64,000 nucleotides of DNA from Eledone cirrhosa (Eukaryota), in NCBI GenBank assembly GCA_964016885.1, contig OZ024764.1:29016001-29080000 (forward strand), read 5' to 3'. The notes beneath the pieces are model-generated. The model was not told the origin of the DNA. It saw only the letters and a list, made by a program, of their open reading frames with translations, and ran no database searches. Below, piece after piece: positions 9,647 through 22,400 of the stretch. Position numbers and translations under genes: made by a program. Every line of letters begins with the position of its first letter. Position 1 is the first letter of the stretch.

Positions 9647-12600
9647 ATGAAACTCTGTCATGTAATGTTATGGACATATCTGCCCCTGTGGCTAATAATT
9701 CTGTCATGTAATGTTATGGACATCTCTGCCCCTGTGGCTAATAATTCTGTCATGTTATGTTATGGACATCTCTGCCCCTGTGGTTAATAATTCTGACATG
9801 TAATGTTATGGACATCTCTGCCCTGTGGCTAATAATTCTGACATGTAATGTTATGGACATCTCTGCCCCTGTGGCTAATAATTCTGAGAGAGATGAAACA
9901 CGTGGGGGATTAGAGAGAGATAAAACAAGTGAGGGATTAGAGTGTTGAAACAAGAGAGAGAGAGGAAGAGAGAGAGAGAGCGAGATGAAATGAGACAGGG
10001 AGAGCGAGATGAAACGCGAGAGTGAGAGAAGCGAGATGAAACGAGAGAGTGAGAGCGAGATGAAACGAGAGAGAGAGAGAGCGAGATGAAACGAGACAGA
10101 GAGAGCGAGATGTAATGAGAGAGAGAGAGAGCGGGATGGAACGAGACAGAGAGGAAACGAGAGAGAGAGGAAACGAGAGTGAGGAAACGAGAGTAGAGAG
10201 CGAGATGAAACAGGAGAGAGAGAGCGAGATGAAACGAGAGGGAGAGAGAGATGAAACGAGGGAGATAGAGATGAAACGAGAGAGAGGAAGAGAGAGATGG
10301 AACGAGAGAGAGGAAGACAGAGATGAAACGAGAGAGAGAGAGAGATGAAACGAGAGAGAGAGAGCGCGAGATGAAACGAGAGAGAGAGAGCGCGAGATGA
10401 AACGACAGAGAGAGAGACAGATGAAAGGAGGGAGATAGAGATGAAACGAGAGAGAGGAAGAGAGAGATGGAACGAGCGAGAGGAAGAGAGAGATGGAACG
10501 AGAGAGAGGAAGACAGAGATGAAACGAGAGAGAGGAAGAGAGAGAGCGCCAGATGAAACTCTGTCATGTAATGTTATGGACATATCTGCCCTTGGGGCTA
10601 ATAATTGTCATGTAATGTTATGGACATCTCTGCCCCTGTGGCTAATAATTCTGTCATGTAATGTTATGGACATCTCTGCCCCTGTGGCTAATAATTCTTT
10701 CATGTAATGTTATGGACATCTCGGCCCCTGTGGCTAATAATTCTGACATGTAATGTTATGGACATCTCTGCCCTGTGTCTAATAATTCTGACATGTAATG
10801 TTATGGACATCTCTGCCCCTGTGGCTAATAATTCTGTCATGTAATGTTATGGACATCTCTGCCCCTGTGGCTAATAATTCTGACATGTAATGTTATGGAC
10901 ATCTCTGCCCTGTGGCTAATAATTCTGACATGTAATGTTATGGACATCTCTGCCCCTGTGGCTAATAATTCTGAGAGAGATGAAACAAGTGAGGGATTAG
11001 AGAGAGATAAAACAAGTGAGGGATTAGAGTGTTGAAACAAGAGAGAGAGAGGAAGAGAGAGAGAGAGCGAGATGAAATGAGACAGGGAGAGCGAGATGAA
11101 ACACGAGAGTGAGAGAAGCGAGATGAAACGAGAGAGTGAGAGCGAGATGAAACGAGAGAGAGAGAGAGCGAGATGAAACGAGACAGAGAGAGCGAGATGT
11201 AATGAGAGAGAGAGAGAGCGGGATGGAACGCGAGAGAGAGGAAACGAGAGTAGAGAGCGAGATGAAACGAGAGGGAGAGAGAGATGAAACGAGAGAGCGA
11301 GAGACAGATGAAACGAGGGAGATAGAGATGAAACGAGAGAGAGAAAGAGAGAGAGAGCGCGAATAAAACGAGAGAGAGAGAGCGCGAGATGAAACGACAG
11401 AGAGAGAGACAGATGAAAGGAGGGAGATAGAGATGAAACGAGAGAGATGAAGATAGAGATGGAACGAGAGAGAGCAAGAGAGAGATGGAACGAGAGAGAG
11501 GAAGACACTGATGAAACGAGAGAGAGAGAGAGCGAGATGAAACTCTGTCATGTAATGTTATGGACATCTCTGCCCCTGTGGCTAATAATTCTGACATGTA
11601 ATGTTATGGACATCTCTGCCCTGTGGCTAATAATTCTGACATGTAATGTTATGGACATCTCTGCCCCTGTGGCTAATAATTCTAAGAGAGATGAAACAAG
11701 TGAGGGATTAGAGAGAGATAAAACAAGTGAGGGATTAGAGTGTTGAAACAAGAGACAGAGAGGAAGAGAGAGAGAGAGAGCGAGATGAAATGAGACAGGG
11801 AGAGCGAGATGAAACGAGACAGAGAGGAAACGACAGAGAGGAGACGAGAGTAGAGAGCGAGATGAAACAGAAGAGAGAGAGCGAGATGAAACGAGAGGGA
11901 GAGAGAGATGAAACGAGAGAGCGAGAGAGAGATGAAACGAGGGAGATAGAGATGAAACGAGAGAGAGGAAGAGAGAGATGGAACGAGAGAGAGGAAGAGA
12001 GAGAGGAAGACAGAGATGAAACGAGAGAGAGAGAGAGCGAGATGAAATGAGAGAGAGAGAGCGCGAGATGAAACGAGAGAGAGAGAGCGCGAGATGAAAC
12101 GACCGAGAGAGAGACAGATGAAACGAGAGAGAGGAAGAGAGAGATGGAACGAGAGAGAGGAAGAGAGAGATGGAACGAGAGAGAGGAAGACAGAGATGAA
12201 ACGAGAGAGAGAGAGAGCGAGAGGAAACGAGAGAGAGAGAGCGCAAGATGAAACGAGAGAGAGAGAGAGCGCGAGATGAAACTCTGTCATGTAATGTTAT
12301 TGACATATCTGCCCCTGTGGCTAATAATTGTCATGTAATGTTATGGTCATCTCTGCCCCTGTGGCTAATAATTCTGTCATGTAATGTTATGGACATCTCT
12401 GCCCCTGTGGCTAATGATTCTGACATGTAATGTTATGGACATCTCTGCCCCTGTGGCTAATAATTCTGACATGTAATGTTATGGTCATCTCTGCCCCTGT
12501 GGCTAATAATTCTGAGAGAGATGAAACAAGTGAGGGATTAGAGTGTTGAAAGAAGAGAGAGAGAGCGAGATGAAATGAGAGAGTGTGAGCGAGATGAAAC

Positions 12601-15600
12601 GAGACAGGGAGAGCGAGATGAAACGAGAGAGTGAGAGCGAGATGAAACGAGAGAGTGAGAGCGAGATGAAACGAGAGAGAGAGAGCGAGATGAAATGAGA
12701 GAGAGAGAGCGAGATGAAATGAGAGAGAGAGAGCGAGATGAAACGAGACAGAGAGAGAGCGAGATGAAACGAGAGAGTGAGAGCGAGATGAAACGAGAGA
12801 GAGAGAGCGAGATGAAACAGGAGGGAGAGAGAGAGGAAACGAGAGTAGAGAGCGAGATGAAACAGGAGAGAGAGAGAGCGAGATGAAACAGGAGAGAGAG
12901 AGCGAGATGAAACGAGAGGGAGAGATAGATAGAGGGAGATGAAACGACAGAGAGAGAGACAGATGAAACGAGAGAGAGAGATAGAGATGAAACGAGAGAG
13001 AGAGATGAAATGAGAGAGAGGAAGAGTGAGATGGAACGAGAGAGAGGAAGAGAGAGATGGAAGACAGAGGTGAAACGAGAGAGAGAGAGAGCGAGATGAA
13101 ACGAGAGAGAGGAAGAGAGAGAGCGCGAGATGAAACGAGAGAGAGAGAGCGCGAGATGAAACTCTGTCATGTAATGTTATGGACATATCTGCCCTTGGGG
13201 CTAATAATTGTCATGTAACGTTATGGACATCTCTGCCCCTGTGGCTAATAATTCTGAGAGAGATGAAACAAGTGAGGAATTAGAGAGAGATAAAACAAGT
13301 GAGGGATTAGGGTGTTGAAACAAGAGAGAGGAAGAGAGAGAGAGAGCGAGATGAAATGAGACAGGGTGAGCGAGATGAAACGCAATAGTGAGAGAAGCGA
13401 GATGAAACGAGAGAGTGAGAGCGAGATGAAACGAGAGCGAGAGAGAGCGAGATGAAACGAGACAGAGAGAGCGAGATGTAATGAGAGAGAGAGAGAGCGG
13501 GATGGAACGAGACAGAGAGGGAACGAGAGAGAGGAAACGAGAGTAGAGAGCGAGATGAAACGAGAGGGAGAGAGAGATGAAACGAGAGAGCGAGAGAGAG
13601 ATGAAACGAGGGAGATAGAGATGAAACGAGAGAGAGGAAGAGAGAGATGGAACGAGAAAGAGGAAGAGAGAGATGGAACGAGAGAGAGGAAGACAGAGAT
13701 GAAACGAGAGAGAGAGAGAGAGCGAGATGAAACGAGACAGAGAGAGCGCGAGATGAAACGAGACAGAGAGAGCACGAGATGAAACGACAGAGAGAGAGAC
13801 AGATTGAAGGAGGGAGATACAGATAAAACGAGAGAGAGGATGAGAGAGATGGAACGAGAGAGAGGAATAGAGAGATGGAACGAGAGAGAGGAATACAGAG
13901 ATGAAACGAGAGAGAGAGATAGCAAGATGAAACGAGAGAGAGAGAGCGCAAGATGAAACGAGAGAGAGAGAGCGCGAGATGAAACTCTATCATGTAATGT
14001 TATTGATATATCTGCCCCTGTGGCTAATAATTGTCATGTAATGTTATGGTCATCTCTGCCCCTGTGGCTAATAATTCTGTCATGTAATGTTATGGACGTC
14101 TCCGCCCCTGTGGCTAATAATTCTGACATGTAATGTTATGGACATCTCTGCCCCTGTGGCTAATAATTCTGACATGTAATGTTATGGACATCTCTGCCCT
14201 GTGGCTAATAATTCTGACATGTAATGTTATGGACATCTCTGCCCCTGTGGCTAATAATTCTGAGAGAGATGAAACAAGTGAGGGATTAGAGAGAGATAAA
14301 ACAAGTGAGGGATTAGAGTGTTGAAACAAGAGAGAGAGAGGAAGAGAGAGAGAGAGCGAGATGAAATGAGACAGGGAGAGTGAGATAAAACGCGAGATGA
14401 AACGAGAGAGTGAGAGCGAGATGAAACGAGAGAGAGAGAGAGCGAGATGAAACGAGACAGAGAGAGCGAGATGTAATGAGAGAGAGAGAGAGCGGGATGG
14501 AACGAGACAGAGAGGAAACGAGAGAGAGGAAACGAGAGTAGAGAGCGAGATGAAACAGGAGAGAGAGAGCGAGATGAAACGAGAGGGAGAGAGAGATGAA
14601 ACGAGGGAGATAGAGATGAAACGAGAGAGAGGAAGAGAGAGAGGAAGAGAGAGATGGAACGAGAGAGAGGAAGACAGAGATGTAACGAGAGAGAGAGAGA
14701 GCGAGATGAAACGAGAGAGAGAGAGCGCGAGATGAAACGAGAGAGAGAGAGCGCGAGATGAAACGACAGAGAGAGAGACAGATGAAAGGAGGGAGATAGA
14801 GATGAAACGAGAGAGAGGAAGAGAGAGATGGAACGAGAGAGAGGAAGAGAGAGATGAAAGACAGGGGTGAAACGAGAGAGAGAGAGAGCGAGATGAAACG
14901 AGAGAGAGGAAGAGAGAGAGCGCGAGATGAAACGAGAGAGAGAGAGCGCGAGATGAAACTCTGTCATGTAATGTTATGGACATCTCTGCCCCTGTGGCTA
15001 ATAACTCTGACATGTAATGTTATGGACATCTCTGCCCCAGTGGCTAATAATTCTGAGAGAGATGAAACAAGGGAGGGATTAGAGAGAGATAAAACAAGTG
15101 AGGGATTAGAGTGTTGAAACAAGAGAGAGAGAGGAAGAGAGAGAGAGAGAGCGAGATGAAATGAGACAGGGAGAGCGAGATGAAACGCAATAGTGAGAGA
15201 AGCGAGATGAAACGAGAGAGTGAGAGCGAGATGAAACGAGAGAGAGAGAGAGCGAGATGAAACGAGACAGAGAGAGCGAGATGTAATGTGAGAGAGAGAG
15301 AGCGGGATGGAACGAGACAGAGAGGAAACGAGAGAGAGGAAACGAGAGTAGAGAGCGAGATGAAACGAGAGGGAGAGAGAGATGAAACGAGAGAGCGAGA
15401 GAGAGATGAAACGAGGGAGATAGAGATGAAACGAGAGAGAGGAAGAGAGAGAGGGAACGAGAGAGAGGAAGAGAGAGATGGAACGTGAGAGAGGAAGACA
15501 GAGATGAAACGAGAGAGAGAGAGAGCGAGATGAAACGAGACAGAGAGAGCGCGAGATGAAACGAGAGAGAGAGAGCACGAGATGAAACGACAGAGAGAGA

Positions 15601-18600
15601 CAGATGAAAGGAGGGAGATAGAGATGAAACGAGAGAGAGGATGAGAGAGATGGAACGGGAGAGAGGAAGAGAGAGATGGAACGAGAGAGAGGAAGACAGA
15701 GATGAAACGAGAGAGAGAGAGAGCAAGATGAAACGAGAGAGAGAGAGCGCGAGATGAAACTCTATCATGTAATGTTATTGATATATCTGCCCCTGTGGCT
15801 AATAATTGTCATGTAATGTTATGGTCATCTCTGCCCCTGTGGCTAATAATTCTGTCATGTAATGTTATGGACGTCTCCGCCCCCGTGGCTAATAATTCTG
15901 ACATGTAATGTTATGGACATCTCTGCCCCTGTGGCTAATAACTCTGACATGTAATGTTATGGACATCTCTGCCCTGTGGCTAATAATTCTGACATGTAAT
16001 GTTATGGACATCTCTGCCCCTGTGGCTAATAATTCTGAGAGAGATGAAACAAGTGAGGGATTAGAGAGAGATAAAACAAGTGAGGGATTAGAGTGTTGAA
16101 ACAAGAGAGAGAGAGGAAGAGAGAGAGAGAGCGAGGTGAAATGAGACAGGGAGAGTGAGATGAAACGCGAGATGAAACGAGAGAGTGAGAGCGAGATGAA
16201 ACGAGAGAGAGAGAGAGCGAGATGAAACGAGACAGAGAGAGCGAGATGTAATGAGAGAGAGAGAGAGCGGGATGGAACGAGACAGAGAGGAAACGAGAGA
16301 GAGGAAACGAGAGTAGAGAGCGAGATGAAACAGGAGAGAGAGAGCGAGATGAAACGAGAGGGAGAGAGAGATGAAACGAGGGAGATAGAGATGAAACGAG
16401 AGAGAGGAAGAGAGGGAGGAAGAGAGAGATGGAACGCGAGAGAGGAAGACAGAGATGAAACGAGAGAGAGAGAGAGCGAGATGAAACGAGAGAGAGAGAG
16501 CGCGAGATGAATCGAGAGAGAGAGAGCGCGAGATGAAACGACAGAGAGAGAGACAGATGAAAGGAGGGAGATAGAAATGAAACGAGAGAGAGGAAGAGAG
16601 AGATGGAACGAGAGAGAGGAAGAGAGAGATGGAACGAGAGAGAGGAAGACAGAGATGAAACGAGAGAGAGCGAGATGAAACGAGAGAGCGAGATGAAACG
16701 AGAGAGCGAGATGAAACGAGAGAGAGAGAGAGCGAGATGAAACGAGAGAGAGAGAGAGCGAGATGAAACGAGAGAGAGGAAGAGAGAGAGCGCGAGATGG
16801 AACTCTGTCATGTAATGTTATGGACATATCTGCCCTTGGGGCTAATAATTGTCATGTAATGTTATGGACATCACTGCCCCTGTGGCTAATAATTCTGTCA
16901 TGTAATGTTATGGACATCTCTACCCCTGTGGCTAATAATTCTGACATGTAATGTTATGGACATCTCTGCCCCAGTGGCTAATAATTCTGACATGTAATGT
17001 TATGGACATCTCTGCCCTGTGGCTAATAATTCTGACATGTAATGTTATGGACATCTCTGCCCCTGTGGCTAATAATTCTGAGAGAGATGAACCAAGTGGG
17101 GGATTAGAGAGAGATAAAACAAGTGAGGGATTAGAGTGTTGAAACAAGAGAGAGAGAGGAAGAGAGAGAGAGAGCGAGATGAAACAAGAGAGTGAGAGAA
17201 GCGAGATGAAACGAGAGAGTGAGAGCGAGATCAAACGAGAAAGAGAGAGAGCGAGATGAAACGAGACAGAGAGGAAACGAGAGAGAGAGGAAATGAGAGA
17301 GAGGAAACGAGAGTAGAGAGCGAGATGAAACAGGAGAGAGAGAGCGAAAAGAAACGAGCGGGAGAGAGAGATGAAACGAGAGAGCGAGAGAGAGATGAAA
17401 CGAGGGAGATAGAGATGAAACGAGAGAGAGGAAGAGAGAGATGGAACGAGAGAGAGGAAGAGAGAGATGGAACGAGAGAGAGGAAGACAGAGATGAAACG
17501 AGAGAGAGAGAGAGCGAGATGAAACGAGACAGAGAGAGCGCGAGATGAAACGAGAGAGAGAGAGCGCGAGATGAAACGACAGAGAGAGAGACAGATGAAA
17601 GGAGGGAGATAGAGATGAAACGAGAGAGAGGATGAGAGAGATGGAACGAGAGAGAGGAAGAGAGAGATGGAACGAGAGAGAGGAAGACAGAGATGAAACG
17701 AGAGAGAGAGCAAGATGAAACGAGAGAGAGAGAGAGCGCAAGATGAAACGAGAGAGAGAGAGCGCGAGATGAAACTCTGTCATGTAATGTTATTGACATA
17801 TCTGCCCCTGTGGCTAATAATTGTCATGTAATGTTATGGTCATCTCTGCCCCTGTGGCTAATAATTCTGTCATGTAATGTTATGGACATCTCTGCCCTTG
17901 TGGCTAATAATTCTGACATGTAATGTTATGGTCATCTCTGCCCCTGTGGCTAATAATTCTGAGAGATAGTAAACAAGTGAGGGATTAGAGTGTTGAAACA
18001 AGAGAGAGAGAGCGAGAAGAAATGAGAGAGTGAGAGCGGGATGAAACGAGAGAGGGAGAGCGAGATGAAACGAGAGAGAGAGAGCGAGATGAAATGAGAG
18101 AGAGAGAGCGAGATTAAACGGGAGGGAGAGAGAGATGAAACGAGAGAGAGAGAGGAAACGAGAGTAGAGAGCGAGATGAAACAGGAGAGAGAGAGAGCCA
18201 GATGAAACAGGAGAGAGAGAGCGAGATGAAATGAGAGGGAGAGAGAGATGAAACGAGAGAGCGAGAGAGAGATGAAACGAGGGAGAGCGAGATGAAACGA
18301 GAGAGAGGAAGCGAGAGATGGAACCAGAGAGAGGAAGACAGAGATGGAACGAGAGAGAGGAAGACAGAGATGAAACGAGAGAGAGAGAGCGAGATGAAAC
18401 AGGAGAGAGAGAGCGAGATGAAACGAGAGGGAGAGAGAGATGAAACGAGAGAGCGAGAGAGAGATGAAACAAGGGAGATAGAGATGAAACGAGAGAGAGG
18501 AAGAGAGAGAGGAAGAGAGAGATGGCACGAGAGAGAGGAAGACAGAGATGAAACGAGAGAGAGAGAGCGAGATGAAACGAGAGAGAGAGAGCGCGACATG

Positions 18601-19470
18601 AAACGAGAGAGAGAGAGCGCGAGATGAAACGACAGAGAGCGAGACAGATGAAAGAAGGGAGATAGAGATGAAACGAGAGAGAGGAAGAGAGAGATGGAAC
18701 GAGAGAGAGGAAGAGAGAGATGGAACGAGAGAGAGGAAGACAGAGATGAAACGAGAGAGAGAACGAGATGAAACGAGAGAGAGAGAGCGCAAGATGAAAC
18801 GAGAGAGAGCGCGAGATGAAACGACAGAGAGAGAGACAGATGAAAGGAGGGAGATAGAGATGAAACGAGAGAGAGGATGAGAGAGATGGAACGAGAGAGA
18901 GGAATAGAGAGATGGAACGAGAGAGAGGAAGACAGAGATGAAACGAGAGAGAGAGAGAGCAAGACGAAACGAGAGAGAGAGAGCGCAAGATGAAACGAGA
19001 GAGAGAGAGCGCGAGATGAAACGACAGAGAGAGAGACAGATGAAAGAAGGGAGATAGAGATGAAACGAAAGAGAGGAAGAGAGAGATGGAACGAGAGAGA
19101 GGAAGAGAGAGATGGAACGAGAGAGAGGAAGACAGAGATGAAACGAGAGAGAGGGAGAGCGAGATGAAACGAGAGAGAGAGCGCAAGATGAAACTCTGTC
19201 ATGTAATGTTATTGACATATCTGCCCCTGTGGCTAATAATTGTCATGTAATGTTATGGTCATCTCTGCCCCTGTGGCTAATAATTCTGTCATGTAATGTT
19301 ATGGACATCTCTGCCCCTGTGGCTAATAATTCTGACATGTAATGTTATGGACATCTCTGCCCCTGTGGCTAATAATTCTGACATGTAATGTTATGGAAAT
19401 CTCTGCCCCTGTGGCTAATAATTCTGTCATGTAATGTTATGGACATCTCTGCCCCTGTGGCTAATAAATC
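9647..19470 (+). repeat. Higher-order satellite, left arm: runs of a 46 bp monomer alternating with 10 GA-rich blocks
   Basis: 46-mer tcatgtaatgttatggacatctctgcccctgtggctaataattctg (9658, 9704 and onward). GA blocks of variable gcgagatgaaacga(ga)n monomers start at ~9885, 10973, 11684, 12513, 13255, 14262, 15055, 16037, 17080 and 17960, each opened by a gagggattagagtgttgaaa linker. Confidence 0.97.
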
Positions 19471-22400
19471 AGAATTATTAGCCACAGGGGCAGAGATGTC
19501 CATAACATTACATATCAGAATTATTAGCCACAGGGGCAGAGATGTCCATAACATTACATGACAGATTTATTAGCCACAGGGGCAGAGATGTCCATAACAT
19601 TACATGTCAGAATTATTAGCCACAGGGGCAGAGATGTCCATAACATTACATGACAGATTTATTAGCCACAGGGGCAGAGATGTCCATAACATTACATGTC
19701 ATATTTATTAGCCACAGGGGCAGAGATGTCCATAACATTACATGTCAGAATTATTAGCCACAGGGGCAGAGATGTCCATAACATTACATGACAGATTTAT
19801 TAGCCACAGGGGCAGAGATGTCCATAACATTACATGACAGAATTATTAGCCACAGGGGCAGAGATGTCCATAACATTACATGACAGAATTATTAGCCACA
19901 GGGGCAGAGATTTCCATAACATTACATGACAATTATTAGCCCCAAGGGCAGATATGTCCATAACATTACATGACAGACTTCCATCTCGCGCTCTCTCTCT
20001 CTCGTTTCATCTTGCGCTCTCTCTCTTCCTCTCTCTCGTTTCATCTTGCTCTCTCTCTCGTTTCATCTCGCGTTCTCTCTCTTCCTCTCTCTCGTTTCAT
20101 CTCGCTCTCTCTCTCTCTCGTTTCATCTCTGTCTTCCTCGCTCTCGTTCCATCTCTCTCTTCCTCTCTCTCGTTCCATCTCTCTCTTCCTCTCTCTCGTT
20201 TCATCTCTCTCTCTCGTTTCATCTCTATCTCCCTCGTTTCATCTGTCTCTCTCTCTGTCGTTTCATCTCCCTCTATCTCTCTCTCGCTCTCTCGTTTCAT
20301 CTCACTCTCCCTCTCGTTTCATCTCGCTCTCTCTCTCCTGTTTCATCTCGCTCTCTCTCTCCTGTTTCATCTCGCTCTCTACTCTCGTTTCCTCTCTCTC
20401 GTATCCTCTCTCTCGTTTCCTCTCTCTCTCGTTTCCTCTCTCTATCGTTTCCTCTAGCTCTCACTCTCTCGTTTCATCTCGCTCTCTCTCTCTCATTTCA
20501 TCTTGCTCTCTCTCTCTCTCGTTTCATCTCGCTCTAATCTGTCTCGTTTCATTTCGCTCTCTCTCTCTCTCGTTTCACCTCGCTCTCTCTGTCTCGTTTC
20601 ATCTCGCTCTCTCTCTCTCATTTCATCTCGCTCTCTCTCTCTCATTTCATCTCGCTCTCTCTCTCTCGTTTCATCTCGCTCTCACTCTCTCATTTCATCT
20701 CGCTCTCTCTCTCTCGTTTGATCTCGCTCTCACTCTCTCTTCCTCTCTCTCTCTTGTTTCAACACTCTAATCCCTCACTTGTTTCATCTCTCTCTTATCC
20801 CTCACTTGTTTCATCTCTCTCAGAATTATTAGCCACAGGGGCAGAGATATCCATAACATTACATGTCAGAATTATTAGCCACAGGGGAAGAGATGTCCAA
20901 AACATTACATGACAGATTTATTAGCCACAGGGGCAGAGATGTCCATAACATTACATGACGAATTTATTAGCCACAGGGGCAGAGATGTCCATAACATTAC
21001 ATGACAGAATTATTAGCCACAGGGGCAGAGATGTCCATAACATTACATGACATAATTATTAGCCACAGGGACAGAGGTGTCCATAACATTACATGACAGA
21101 ATTATTTGCCACAGGGGCAGAGATGTACATAACATTACATGACAATTATTAGCCCCAAGGGTAGATATGTCCATAACATTACATGACAATTATTAGCCCC
21201 AAGGGCAGATATGTCCATAACATTACATGACAGACTTTCATCTCGCACTCTCTCTCTTCCTCTCTCTCGTTTCATCTCGCTCTCTCTCTCGTTTCATCTC
21301 GCTCTCTCTCTCTCGTTTCATCTCGCGCTCTCTTCCTCTCTCTCGTTTCATCTCGCTCTCTCTCTCTCTCGTTTCATATCTGTCTTCCTCTCTCTCGTTC
21401 CATCTCTCTATTCCTCTCTCTCTCGTTTCATCTAGCTATCACTCTCTCGTTTCATCTCCCTCTATCTCTCTCTCGCTCTCTCGTTTCATCTCTCCCTCCC
21501 TCTCGTTTCATCTCGCTCTCTCTCTCCGGTTTCATCTCGCTCTCTCTCTCCTGTTTCATCTTGCTCTCTACTCTCGTTTCCTCTCTCTCGTTTCCTCTCT
21601 CTCGTTTCCTCTCTCTCTCGTTTCCTCTCCCTCTCGTTTCATCTAGCTCTCACTCTCTCGTTTCATCTCGCTCTCTCTGACTCGTTCCATCTCGCTCTCA
21701 CTCTCTCGTTTCATCTCGCTCTCTCTCTCTCATTTCATCTCGCTCTCTCTCTCTCATTTCATCTCGATCTCTCTGTCTCGTTTCATCCCGCTCTCTCTGT
21801 CTCGTTTCATCTCGCTCTCTCTCTCTCATTTCATCTCGCTCTCTCTCTGTCATTTCATCTCGCTCTCTCTCACTCTCTCGTTTCATCTCACTCTCAATCT
21901 CTCATTTCATCTCGCTCTCTCTCTCTCATTTCATCTCGCGCTCTCTCTCTTCCTCTCTCTCGTTTCATCTCGCGCTCTCTCTCTTCCTCTCTCTCGTTTC
22001 ATCTCGCTCTCTCTCTCTCTCGTTTCATCTTGCGCTCTCTCTCTTCCTCTCTCTCGTTTCATCTCGATCTCTCTCTGTCTCGTTTCATCTCTGTCTTCCT
22101 CTCGCTCGTTCCATCTCTCTCTTCCTCTCTCTCGTTCCATCTCTCTCTTCCTCTCTCTCGTTTCATCTCTCTCTCTCGTTTCATCTTGCTCTCTCTCTCT
22201 CTCGTTTCATCTCTGTCTTCCTCTCTCTCGTTCCATCTCTCCCTTCCTCTCTCTCGTTCCATCTCTCTCTTCCTCTCTCTCGTTTCATCTCTCTCTCTCG
22301 TTTCATCTCTATCTCCCTCGTTTCATCTGTCTCTCTCTCTGTCGTTTCATCTCCCTCTATCTCTCTCTCGCTCTCTCGTTTCATCTCTCTCTCCCTCTCG

